From assembly GCA_963745235.1 (NCBI GenBank), contig CAVUXE010000015.1, positions 196,473 to 260,472 of the forward strand: DNA of 64,000 nucleotides, given 5' to 3'. Each line of letters opens with the position of its first letter. Position 1 is the first letter of the stretch. Of this stretch, positions 44,293-54,852 are shown one piece after another. The translations under genes and the position numbers were made by a program. The notes below the pieces were generated by a model. The model was not told the origin of the DNA and made no database searches. It was given only the letters and a program-made list of their open reading frames with translations. Source of the stretch: an uncultured Spirochaetota bacterium. GTDB taxonomy: Bacteria; Spirochaetota; Spirochaetia; SZUA-6; Fen-1364.

Positions 44293-44586
44293 CTATTTTC
44301 CCGCGAAGTACTTCAGGTCCCAGATCTTCTGCTCGGGACTGGCTGCCACCATGTCGGAAAGGCGGCCCAGCAGGCGTTTGAACACGCCCGTCTCCATGAA
44401 TCGCCGGGCGTGATCGTTGTCCTCCCACGTCCCGAGCGCCAGGGCATCCGGCCGGGCCACCAGGAACTGCATCCTGATGAACCCCGGCTGGCTCCGCGCG
44501 TGCTCCATGACCTCGTTCTTCCAGATCTCGCACGCCGTGTCGAAGGAGTCTTCCTTGAAATGGTAGAGCATCGTTGCGGTGTACAT
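44293..44586 (-). CDS. ABM (antibiotic biosynthesis monooxygenase)-like small protein
   Basis: 97 aa with QPGF...WE pattern and an RBS. Confidence 0.7.
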   Translation of the reverse strand: MYTATMLYHFKEDSFDTACEIWKNEVMEHARSQPGFIRMQFLVARPDALALGTWEDNDHARRFMETGVFKRLLGRLSDMVAASPEQKIWDLKYFAGK

Positions 44587-44693
44587 CCACGCCCCTCCTC
44601 GCCGCCAGTATAGCCCAAAAATAGTCCGCCGGTGACGCCGGCAAGGGTCGAAATTGCTTGACTCCGCACGTCGAGAAGGGTAGAGATAAGCTC

Positions 44694-47310
44694 ATGAGAA
44701 ATCCATCCGCTTCCGTGGCCAGCGCGGAGCAGGAGAGGACGCTCATCGAGGCGTGCTCGCTAACCACCGAGGAATGCCTCGTCCACCTGGGGGGCCGGGA
44801 GAAGGGGCTGACAGCGGAGGAGGCAGAGGAAAAGCTCCGGGCAGTTCGGCCGCAACGAGGTCAGCCTGAAGAAGGGCGGAGCCTTCAGCCGGACCATCCG
44901 CCGTTTTGCAAACCCCCTGGTCATCCAGCTCCTCATCATTGCGGGCGTCTCTTTCCTCATGGGGGACCTGCGCTCCACCCTCGTGGTCGGCGGGATGGTC
45001 CTTCTCAGCGTGGGGCTTTCCGCCGTCCAGGAGGAAAGATCCGGCAGGGCCGTGGAACAGCTGCAGGCCATGGTCCGCACCACGGCGAACGTGGTGAGAG
45101 AGGGAAAGGAAGCGGAGATCCCGCTTGCGGAGATAGTCCCCGGGGACGTCGTTGTGCTCGACGCCGGTTCCCTGGTTCCGGCGGACATCCGCCTGATAGC
45201 CACAAAGGACTTCTTCGTCAGCCAGAGCGCTCTCACGGGAGAGTCGATGCCCGTGGAAAAGAGCGCCGCGCCCGCCGCGGGCAACGGAAAGTCCGCGCTG
45301 GAGCTCGCCAACGCGTGCTTCCAGGGAAGCAACGTGCTCTCCGGCACGGCGCGGGGAGTGGTGGTCAATACCGGCGCCCGGACCTACTTCGGCGCCATCA
45401 CGCGCAAGCTCGCCGGCCAGCGGTCGCAGACCAGCTTCGACAAGGGAATCTCGGGGTTCACGTGGCTGATGATCAGGTTCATGGTCGTCATGGTGCTGAT
45501 CGTGTTCCTCATCATCGGTCTCACCAAGCACAACTGGATGGATGCGCTCCTCTTCGGGCTGTCGGTGGCCGTCGGGCTGACGCCGGAGATGCTCCCCATG
45601 ATCGTCACGGTGAACCTCGCCAAGGGCGCCCTTGCCATGTCCCGCAAGAAGGCAATCGTCAAACGGCTGAACTCCATCCAGAACTTCGGCGCCATCGACG
45701 TGCTCTGCACGGACAAGACGGGGACCCTCACGCAGGACAGGGTCGTCCTGGAAAAGCACGTGGACGTCACCGGGCGCCCCAGCGACGAGGTGCTGCGCTA
45801 CGCCTGGATGAACAGCTACTACCAGACGGGCCTCAGGAACCTCCTGGACAGGTCCGTCCTCTCCCACACGGAGTTCGAGGTGGGGACCCGGTGCCGCAAA
45901 GTGGACGAGATCCCTTTCGACTTCACCCGCAAGCGCATGTCGGTGGTCGTGGAATACGAGGGAGACCACGTGCTGATCTGCAAGGGCGCCGTGGAGGACG
46001 TGTTCAAGGTCTGCACCAGCTACCAGGTGGATGAGGACGTCAACCCCCTCATCGACGTGATCAAGCAGGACGTCCTGGAGGACTACGAGGCGCTCAGCGC
46101 TGACGGATACCGCGTGCTTGCCATCGCCTATCGCGAGTTCCCGAAAGACAAGGAGGCTTTCGCCGCATCCGACGAGAGTGACATGATCCTCCTGGGATAT
46201 ATCGCCTTCTTCGATCCCCCCAAGGAGTCCACCCCACAGGCCATCAAGGCGCTCAAGGAAGCGGGGGTTTCCGTGAAGATCCTCACGGGAGACAACGACC
46301 TGGTGACCCGCAAGGTGTGCAAGGACGTCGGGATAGACGTGCAGCACCTCGTCACGGGCGCCGAGCTTTCGGCGGTTGCCCCTGACGCAATTCCCGAGCT
46401 GGCTGAGCGCACCACGGTGTTTGCCCGGCTTTCCCCGTCCCAGAAGGAGCAGATCATCCAGGCCCTCCAGAGCAGGAGCCACGTGGTCGGGTTCCTGGGA
46501 GACGGGATCAACGACGCCCCGGCGCTGAAAAGGGCGGACGTCGGGATCTCCGTGGACACGGCGGTGGATGTCGCCAAGGAGGCCGCGGACATCGTCCTGC
46601 TGGAGAAGAGCCTGATGGTGCTGGACAACGGCATCATCGAGGGGAGGAAGGTCTTCGGGAACATCATCAAGTACATCAGGATGGGGGCGAGCTCCAACTT
46701 CGGGAACATGTTCAGCGTGGTGGGCGGAAGCTTCTTCCTCCCGTTCCTGCCCATGCTGCCCATCCAGGTGCTCCTGAACAACATGCTCTACGACATCTCC
46801 CAGATCGGCATCCCGTCCGACACGGTGGACCCGGAGTTCACGAAAGTGCCCCGCAAGTGGAATATCGGCAATATCCGGCGGTTCATGGTCTTCCTGGGGC
46901 CCATGAGCTCCATCTTCGACTATGCGACCTTCCTTCTCATGCTGTTCTTCTTCGGCGCAATCGGCTGGCTGGCTCCCGGCGCAACGGCCGCGGCCAGGGC
47001 GCACTTCGAAGCGCTCTTCCACACGGGATGGTTCGTGGAATCCATCCTCACCCAGACGCTCATCGTGCACGTCATCAGGACGCGCAAGATCCCCTTCATC
47101 CAGAGCAGAGCGAGCCCCGTGATGTTCTTCTTCACGCTGCTCGTCATGGCCATCGGCGCGTATCTCCCCTATTCCCCGGTCGCCGGCGCGCTGGGGCTCG
47201 TGGCGCTGCCCGCCATCTACTGGGCGTGGATCGTCGGATTCCTCGTCCTGTACTGCACCCTCACCCACTTCGTGAAGACCTGGTTCTTCCGCAAGTTTGG
47301 AGTCGACTGA
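44694..47310 (+). CDS. mgtA: Mg2+-translocating P-type ATPase (frameshift near 44840)
   Basis: LTGES, GLTPEMLP, DKTGTLT, GDGINDAP and ASSNFGNMFS. Confidence 0.93.
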
Positions 47311-48119
47311 TGAAAAGCCTCCTGGATGCGCTGCAGGAAGGGAGACTGATCGAGCTCCCGGAGACGGACAAGGAAAAGAGCCTCCAGCTCCTGGCCACGC
47401 TCATCGAGGCCATCCCGGACGTCAGGAGCGGGTTGGACTTCGCGGGGATGGTGCTGGCCAGGGAGAAGCAGGCCAACACGTCCATCGGGCACGGGTGGGC
47501 GTGCCCCCACGGCCGCGTTGCGGGGGAAGGGGAGCTTTTCTGCGCCATCGGCTGGAGCCCCGCCGGCATAGACTACGGCGGCTCGGACGGGAAGCCCGTG
47601 CACATCGCCATCATGCACTACATCACGGACTCCCAGAAGAACACGTACCTGAAGGAGATCTCGGGCCTCGCGAAAGCCATCAAGAACAACCCGGCGCTGG
47701 GAGAGCTGTCCAACGCGAAGGAGCTGGGCGAGGTCAGGTCCCGGCTGATCGACCTTCTCACCGCGGCCGTGGAAAGCGCGCTTCCGGATGTGAAGGCGCG
47801 CATGATCCAGCTGGAGGCCAAACACGCGGTCTCCGCCTACGCGGAGACACTGCCCGCGGAGTCCCTGTCCCTCATGAACCTGATCCCGCTCTCGGTTGTC
47901 ATCGTGCCGGGCGCGCCTCCGCTGGTGCTTTCCCAGGACAAGGAAATCATCCCTCTCATCGAGTCCGCGGCGGACATCGCCGGCCCCCTGGCCTCCCGCG
48001 CGCCGTTCGACCGCGCGGGGTACAGGATCCTCACACGATCAGTGTCGGCGTTCCAGCCGGACAGGCTTCTCTACGATTGCCTCGCCGTGAAGCTCGCAAA
48101 CGGGGCGCAGAAAAAGTAG
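47310..48119 (+). CDS. PTS EIIA(Ntr/Fru)-domain protein with uncharacterised C-terminal extension
   Basis: ARE...TSIGHGWACPHGR; ATG overlaps the mgtA TGA; about 120 extra residues follow the EIIA domain. Confidence 0.82.
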   Translation: MKSLLDALQEGRLIELPETDKEKSLQLLATLIEAIPDVRSGLDFAGMVLAREKQANTSIGHGWACPHGRVAGEGELFCAIGWSPAGIDYGGSDGKPVHIAIMHYITDSQKNTYLKEISGLAKAIKNNPALGELSNAKELGEVRSRLIDLLTAAVESALPDVKARMIQLEAKHAVSAYAETLPAESLSLMNLIPLSVVIVPGAPPLVLSQDKEIIPLIESAADIAGPLASRAPFDRAGYRILTRSVSAFQPDRLLYDCLAVKLANGAQKK

Positions 48120-48144
48120 AGGCTCGCGGGCTTCTCCTGCGAGG

Positions 48145-48912
48145 TCACCGGGACTGCTCTCGCGCCGGTGAAATCCTCCTCCTCACTTTGCTCCATGATT
48201 CCGTGGTGAGGAAGCTCTCGTCCATCTCTGCCTCCATGCGAAGGAACTTCGGCCACGGGATGGCCAGGGTCAGCTCGCCGGGCCGCACCCACGGGCGGGC
48301 CGATACGTCGAACATGCCAAGGACCGCTCTCGGGTGAGGGGACTGCAGCTCGCGGTATGGGGAGTGGACAATCGAGAAGCAGCCGGAGCCCATCGGAGCG
48401 ATCACCGCCTGGGAATCGTTCTCGTCGAAGTTTGCCAGGGTAAACAAACCAGACAGCACATCCGGCGGACTGAAAAAGATGATGACAGCAGGCTCGTCCC
48501 TTTCGTCCAATACATCCCACCGCTTGAATACGATGCGTCCGGCAGGAGCGGGAATGGGTGGATCGCTCTTGAATTGCTCCGCGACCAGCTCCGGGGAGGC
48601 TTTATAGCGTTCCCCCTCCAGTTGCCCGGGGATGCCGCATGAAAGGAAATAGTTGAAGTCGGGTCGCAGGCGCCGGCTGAAGCCCAGAAAATATCTGCCC
48701 CCCGCGCAGCCGACAGTGTTGACGGCGAAACTGAGCGACTCCCCGGCGCGCACCCTCCCCAGCTCGCGGATCAGGCAGCGCATTCCTGGATGCGGAGTGA
48801 CTGGCGCGCCTTGCAGCTCGTCATCCGTGTAAAAGAAACAGATCGGCAGTGACGCGCCGGGAAAGTGGCGCTCCCATTTCTCGACAAACCGTTCCTTGAG
48901 CCCTTTTTCCAT
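48145..48912 (-). CDS. DUF169 family protein
   Basis: C...CAGGRYFLG, GERYK, SGC and GMFDVSAR pattern. Confidence 0.75.
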   Translation of the reverse strand: MEKGLKERFVEKWERHFPGASLPICFFYTDDELQGAPVTPHPGMRCLIRELGRVRAGESLSFAVNTVGCAGGRYFLGFSRRLRPDFNYFLSCGIPGQLEGERYKASPELVAEQFKSDPPIPAPAGRIVFKRWDVLDERDEPAVIIFFSPPDVLSGLFTLANFDENDSQAVIAPMGSGCFSIVHSPYRELQSPHPRAVLGMFDVSARPWVRPGELTLAIPWPKFLRMEAEMDESFLTTESWSKVRRRISPAREQSR

Positions 48913-48944
48913 GGCAAACCTCGACTCTCAGCTGTCGGGAGGCT

Positions 48945-49415
48945 TCATGATACCTTTGCCTCCTCCTCATCGAAGGCCCGGACCATGTCCTGCACGGACG
49001 CAGAGCAGATGAGCTTTTCTATGAATGCCGTGCTCTTGATGAGCCGCGCTATCCGCGCGAGGGCCTTGAGATGTGTCGTGTACTCCTGACGGCTGCCCAT
49101 GAGCAGAAATACCACCTGGGTGGGCCTGCCGTCAAAGGAGTCGAAATCAACGCCCTTTCGGGAACGCGCTACGACAACGATGAGGTCGGGGACCTCATCC
49201 GTGAAGCAGTGCGGGATGGCAACGCCGTTTCCCACGGCGGTGCTTTGGATGTTCTCCCGATCCATGAGCCTGGCGAACACTTCATTCTCATCCTTGACCA
49301 GGCCCTTCTCCGCCACCGTGTGGATGATCCTGCGCAGGGCGTCCTCCCGCGTCTTCTCCGCCAGGTCGGGAACAAAGCACTCAGGATGGATGTACCGAGT
49401 GAGCTTCATCGCCAT
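48945..49415 (-). CDS. PTS EIIA(Ntr-like) stand-alone protein
   Basis: RENIQSTAVGNGVAIPHC, GVDFDSFDG and HLKALARIARL. Confidence 0.9.
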   Translation of the reverse strand: MAMKLTRYIHPECFVPDLAEKTREDALRRIIHTVAEKGLVKDENEVFARLMDRENIQSTAVGNGVAIPHCFTDEVPDLIVVVARSRKGVDFDSFDGRPTQVVFLLMGSRQEYTTHLKALARIARLIKSTAFIEKLICSASVQDMVRAFDEEEAKVS

Positions 49416-49700
49416 GGTCGATACTCCTGCGTCCTGCTCTTCCTTTGGGCACACGACTCCAGCTGTCGCCTTTCATGAGGCGCCGCAGCTGAACCCTCGC
49501 GATCCTGGGCCATTTCCGCCTTCCGCAGACGGAGATGCGCCCTGTCCACCTCGCTGCTTCATCCTAGATGATGCACCGACTTTCGCTTCCATTCCATGGC
49601 AAAAATGCGTTAGATAACAACAAGAGCCCCAGGGAGATCTGCCGCCAAAGCCTTTGAGGCCTCGCTTTCCCCCGACGCAAACATGCGCTACCTTTGGTCC

Positions 49701-51380
49701 ATGAGGTCAGAAAAAGACGGGCACGGTGCGGGATTTCTCGAAGACCTCTACTCCGGTGCGGAGGGGCCCGGGCCTCTCCCGACACCCCCGCGCGTCGACC
49801 GGAAAAAGGTTGCGGATTTCGTGTCCTGCCTGAACCAGGCGACATCAGGCTTCGACCCGGCTGCGGTCGAGGCGCGGCATGCCATTCCGCCGGAGCTTCT
49901 CGAGCGTCTGAAGGGCACGGGCGTCTTCGGGCTCATGATCCCGCGGGAATATGGAGGCCTGGGCTTCAGCCTGAGTGAATACCTCATGACCATTGAGGCT
50001 CTCTCCGGCATCGACCTTTCCATTGCCCTGATCCCGCTCGCGCACACCTCCATCGGCATCAAGGGCATCCTGCTGTTCGGAACCGAGGACCAGAAGAAGC
50101 GCTACCTTCCCCGCGCGGCGACCGGCGAAATGATCTTCGGGTACGCGCTCACCGAGCCCGAGACCGGCTCGGACGCCCAGCACATCAGGACGAGCGCCCG
50201 CCGCGGGGATGACGGTCATGGGTACCTTCTCGACGGCACGAAGACCTTCATTACCAACGCGAACTACGCGGGGGCGTTCACGGTGTTCGCGCAGATGGAC
50301 CCCCGGGAGCCCGGCTTCATGGGAGCCTTCATCGTGGATCGGGGATGGGACGGGGTTTCCGTGGGGCCGGACATGCCGAAGATGGGACTCGCCGCCAGCT
50401 CGACCGCCGCGGTCATGCTGCGGGGCGTGAAAGTCCCCGGCGAGAACCTGATCGGGAAACCCGGCGAGGGCTTCAAAATCGCCATGACCATCCTGAACTA
50501 CGGTCGGCTGGGGCTCGGCGCAGGCTCCGCTGGCGGCATGGCGAGGTCTCTGGAGGACATGAGCCGCAGGGCGTCCAGCCGGAAGCAGTTCGGCGCGGCC
50601 ATCGGCGACTTCGACCTGGTCAAGGAGAAGCTCGTTCACGCGCGGGTGCACGGGTTCGCGGCCTCCAGCATGACCTATCTGACCGCCGCGATGCTCGAGC
50701 GGGACCCCCTGGCCAATGTGGCGATCGAAAGCTCGCACTGCAAGCTGTATGGAACGACGCGCTGCTGGGACACGCTGTACGACGCCCAGCAGGTGGCCGG
50801 CGGGTCCGGGTATCTCTCCACCCAGCCCTACGAGAAGCGCTTGCGGGACTTTCGGGTGACCACCATCTTCGAAGGCACAACGGAGATCCATTCCATGTAC
50901 CCCGCCCTCACGGCGCTTCGCGCGGCGGCAAAAGCCATCAAGGGACTGGCGCCCGTGGGCAAGCTTCTGTATCTTCGACGGCTTGCCCGGCCGCGGCTGG
51001 GCGCCATGGCGCGGGAAAGAGTCCCGGAGCTTCGGTCCGCCCTGCAGGCCGCGGGGACAGGGGAAAAGATGTTCCGGCGGCTTCTCGTTTCCGGCATGCG
51101 CCGCTACGGCGCAAAGATAGTGGAGCATGAGCTTTACCTGCGTCGGATGACGGAGCTCAGCCTGTGCTCATTCTGGCTGCTCGCCACTGTCTGGTTCCTG
51201 AAGGCGCGCCACGAGGACGGGAGCTACCCCCGAGAGGACCTTCTTTCCCTTGGCTGGCTCGTTGAGGAAGCGCGCGAGGCGCAGGAAAGAGATGGCGGGA
51301 TGGGCACACGAGCCTCCGACCTGCGCGAAGGGCTGGTGCGAAAGATCACCTCGCAGGAACAGGCTACGCCGCGGCAGTAG
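49701..51380 (+). CDS. fadE: Acyl-CoA dehydrogenase (VLCAD/ACAD9-like)
   Basis: ALTEPETGSD, GTKTFITN, LNYGR and IFEGTTEI, with a C-terminal extension. Confidence 0.9.
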   Translation: MRSEKDGHGAGFLEDLYSGAEGPGPLPTPPRVDRKKVADFVSCLNQATSGFDPAAVEARHAIPPELLERLKGTGVFGLMIPREYGGLGFSLSEYLMTIEALSGIDLSIALIPLAHTSIGIKGILLFGTEDQKKRYLPRAATGEMIFGYALTEPETGSDAQHIRTSARRGDDGHGYLLDGTKTFITNANYAGAFTVFAQMDPREPGFMGAFIVDRGWDGVSVGPDMPKMGLAASSTAAVMLRGVKVPGENLIGKPGEGFKIAMTILNYGRLGLGAGSAGGMARSLEDMSRRASSRKQFGAAIGDFDLVKEKLVHARVHGFAASSMTYLTAAMLERDPLANVAIESSHCKLYGTTRCWDTLYDAQQVAGGSGYLSTQPYEKRLRDFRVTTIFEGTTEIHSMYPALTALRAAAKAIKGLAPVGKLLYLRRLARPRLGAMARERVPELRSALQAAGTGEKMFRRLLVSGMRRYGAKIVEHELYLRRMTELSLCSFWLLATVWFLKARHEDGSYPREDLLSLGWLVEEAREAQERDGGMGTRASDLREGLVRKITSQEQATPRQ

Positions 51381-53560
51381 ACGAAAAACCCTTGCTTTCC
51401 GCTGACAGGCGGATGACAAGGGGCGCCGGTGTGAATCTCTTTCCCACCGTGCGGGCGTACAGCTCCAGCATCTCGCGCGCCTTGCCGATGCCAAGCTCGT
51501 CCTCAGCCCAGTGCAGGATGCCGCCGCGGAACGGCGGGAAGCCCGTCCCCAGGATCAGTGCAAGGTCCACGTCTCTCGCGGAGGTCACGATGCCTTCCTC
51601 CAGGGCTCGGGCGGCTTCGTTCAGCATTGCAAGAAGCGGCCTGTGGACACTATCGAAATGCGCGGGCGGATTGCCGGAGGAAGGTCGGGGAAGGACCTTC
51701 CAGATCTCGGGATTTGCGCCGCGCCGCGCGGGCGCCCGCTCATTCCTGGTGTAGAGGTAGAATCCTTTCCCGGTTTTCTTCCCGAGGAGACCTGGGTTTG
51801 CTCCGACTGCGGAGAGAAGCGTGCCCGGGGCCATGCGGTCCGCAAACGCTTTCCCGAGAATCCCGGCCACGTGAGCGGCGACATCGATCCCGATCTCGTC
51901 CAGCAGGGCGAAGGGGCCCATGGGCATCCCGAACTCTTCCAGGGCCCGGTCCACCGCGCGGAAATCCGCTCCCTCTTCCACCAGGCTGACGCACTCATTG
52001 AGGTAGGGCATGAGAAGCCGGTTGACGAGAAACCCGGGCGAGTCCTTGACCACGATCGGGGTCTTGCCCAGATCCAGGGCAAGCCGGGCGGCCCTGCGGA
52101 CCGTCTCCGCGTCGGTGCGGGCCCCCGGGATGATTTCCACCAGGGGCATGATGGAGGGCGGATTGAAGAAATGCATTCCCACGAAGCGCTCGGGCCGCGA
52201 AAGCGCCTTCGCCATCTCCGTGATAGAAAGAGAGGACGTGTTGGAGGCAAGCAAGGTGGAGGCCGGGACTTCCGCCTCCACCTCCGCGAGCACCTTTTTC
52301 TTGACCTCGAGGTTCTCTACGACCGCTTCGATGATTGCATCCGGCCTTCCCAGAGAGGCATAGTCCACGGCGCCGGAGAGCCGGTGCATGCCCAGGCTGA
52401 TCCTGCGGGCATCCATGCGGCCGCGCTGCGCAAGTCCCTGGAAGGCTTCGTATGCCGACCGGAAGCCCTTCTGCACGGCATCCCAGCTCACGTCTTTCAT
52501 GACGGCAGGAATGTCATGATGCGCAAAGAGCCAGGCGATCTTTCCCCCCATGACTCCGGCCCCGATCACGGCGGCCTGGGAAACCTTCCCTGTCACTTGC
52601 GAGGTCCCCGGGGGAGACGGGACATGCCGTGCCGCCTCCCTGGCGAAATACAAGCCCACGAGGTTTCGACTGACCCGGGAGGAGGCAGTTCTTCCCAGGG
52701 CCTGGCGCTCCAGCTCCAACGCCCGGGCCCTCGACACGCGCGCTGTTCTGCGCAGAAGGCGCACGGCCTCCTGCAGCGCGGGGTAGTTCCGGCCTCCCTT
52801 CGCGTTGACGTCCCTGCTCGCCGCGCGGAAGACCAGGGCCCTGCCAACGAGGTTTCCCTCAGCGAGGAACCTGGCAAACGCGCCTCGCTTCCGACGGTGA
52901 GCGGAAGGGCCCGGGCCCCCGGCGGCAACCCGCGCTGCAAGCTCGCGGGCCCTGTCATTCAGGAATGCCGAGGGATGGCAGGCGTTGGCCAGCCCCATGC
53001 GCGCAGCGCGAGGCCCGTCCACGGTCCGGGCCGGTGAGGATCATCTGGAGCGCCTGCACGAGCCCCACGGTCCGGGGAAGCCGGTAGGTTCCCCCGAACC
53101 CCGGCACGATTCCAAGGCTGGTCTCCGGCAGGCCGAGCTGGGTCTTCGGGTTGTCGGACACCAGGCGCCAGGTGCAGGCCAGGGCAAGCTCCAGGCCTCC
53201 GCCCACGGCGGCGCCGTCAATCACGGCCAGGGAAGGGAACGGCAGGTCTTCCAGCGTGTTCAAGACTTCCTGCCCGGACCGGGACTTCTCTTCCGCCGCT
53301 CGGGCGTCGCGCAGCGCCGCTATCTCATGGATGTCCGCGCCGGCGATGAACGACCCGGGCTTGCCGCTTCTGACGATGAGGCAGCGGAGATCCGATCTGC
53401 GGGAAAGCGCGGAGAGCATCCCCGCAAGCTCCTCCATCACGGCCGCCCGCAGGAAGTTGAGCTTCTCTCCCGGGAGATCGAAGACGAGCTCCGCAATTCC
53501 CTCCCGCTCCGTGAGCGTGAAAGCGGGGCCGCCAGCTCCGGCAGGGCGCGGGGCCATCAC
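51364..53560 (-). CDS. fadJ: Fatty-acid oxidation complex alpha subunit (enoyl-CoA hydratase/3-hydroxyacyl-CoA dehydrogenase; frameshift near 53025)
   Basis: FIAGADI, GGGLE, GLPE; GAGVMG, SNTSS, HFFNP and PGFLVNR. Confidence 0.87.
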
Positions 53561-54852
53561 GCCGCCTCCAGGAGCAGGGCAGCGCCCTGCCCGCCCCCGA
53601 CGCAGAGGGTCGCAAGCCCGAGGTTCTCTTTCCTTCGGCGCAGCTCCTTCAGCACGTGGATGACGAGTCGCGTGCCCGTCATCCCCACGGGATGGCCAAG
53701 GGCGATGGCGCCCCCCTGCGCATTCAGGCGGCCGCGGTCAAGATCCCCCAGCTTCGTGTCGCGGCCCAGGAAGCGCCGGGAAAACTCATCGGAACCGAAC
53801 GCGCGCTCGCAGGCAATCACCTGGGCAGCAAACGCCTCGTTGAGCTCGATGTACGTGATGTCCTTCATGGTGACCCCGGAGCGCTCCAGGAGAAGGCTCG
53901 TGGCGTACACCGGACCCAGGCCCATGCGCTCCGGCTCCAGGGAGGCATAGGCGAACTCCCGCAGGAAGCCGAGGGGCGCGAGCCCCCGCGCTTTTGCCTC
54001 GCTTTCGGCCATGAGGAGCACGGCGGCCGCGCCATCCGTGATCTGGGAGGAGTTTCCGGCGGTCACGGTCCCATTCCTCCTGTCGAAATAGGGCGGAAGC
54101 TTGCCGAGTGCCTCCCGGCTCTGATTCTCCCGGATGCCGTTGTCCTGGGTGACAATCTTCTCGAACGACGGCGGCGTCGGGACCGGGAGGATCTCGGCGG
54201 CCAGCGTGCCGTCATGCTGCGCGGCGGCGGCCCGCTGGTGAGAGGCCAGGGCAAGCTCGTCCTGCTCCTCCCTCGTTATGTGGAACTCACGGGAGAGGTT
54301 CTCCGCGGTCAGCCCCATGATGAGGCCGCTCACCGGATCGGTGAGTCCTTCCAGGAGAGCCACCTCGGGCTTGAGCATCCGCAGGCGAAACCCGCCGAGG
54401 GCGGAGATCTTCTGCCGGAAGCTCTTTGCCCGTGACAGACGGTTTGCAAACTCCGCGTACTCCCGGGGAAAGAGCAGGGGGATGTTGCTCATGCTTTCCA
54501 CGCCGCCTGCAATGAATACCTTCCCGTATCCCGAAAGGATCTTCAGCGCCGCGGTGGTGATGGATTCCATTCCGCTTGCGCAGTTCCTGTGGACGGTGAA
54601 TGCCGGCACGGAGGACGGGATGCCCGCCTTGAGCGCCGCGACCCGCGCAATGTTCGCCGCGTTGGCGGGCTGGGCCACGTTGCCGATCACCACTTCCGCG
54701 ACCTCGCGCGCCGGCACGCGGGCGCGGTCCAGCACTTCCCGCACAACGAACGCCGCCAGGTCGTCAGCAGGCACGTCCTTCAAGGCGGTCCCGGCCTTTG
54801 CCATGGGAGTGCGCACCCCCGCGATGATCGCCACCCTCTCCTTCATTTCCAT
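53557..54852 (-). CDS. fadA: 3-ketoacyl-CoA thiolase
   Basis: NCASG, NEAFA, GHPVG and LCVGGG. Confidence 0.93.
   Translation of the reverse strand: MEMKERVAIIAGVRTPMAKAGTALKDVPADDLAAFVVREVLDRARVPAREVAEVVIGNVAQPANAANIARVAALKAGIPSSVPAFTVHRNCASGMESITTAALKILSGYGKVFIAGGVESMSNIPLLFPREYAEFANRLSRAKSFRQKISALGGFRLRMLKPEVALLEGLTDPVSGLIMGLTAENLSREFHITREEQDELALASHQRAAAAQHDGTLAAEILPVPTPPSFEKIVTQDNGIRENQSREALGKLPPYFDRRNGTVTAGNSSQITDGAAAVLLMAESEAKARGLAPLGFLREFAYASLEPERMGLGPVYATSLLLERSGVTMKDITYIELNEAFAAQVIACERAFGSDEFSRRFLGRDTKLGDLDRGRLNAQGGAIALGHPVGMTGTRLVIHVLKELRRRKENLGLATLCVGGGQGAALLLEAA

Noticed and set aside
44743-47268. Long antisense ORFs (also 22243-24120, 24846-26654, 51511-53037)
   Set aside because: Shadow ORFs opposite well-supported genes, expected from high-GC codon bias
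49525-49585. Fluoride or M-box riboswitch
   Set aside because: The GGAGATG...GATGATG resemblance lacks the required pairing and 3' CTAC; no M-box core was seen, including upstream of mgtA
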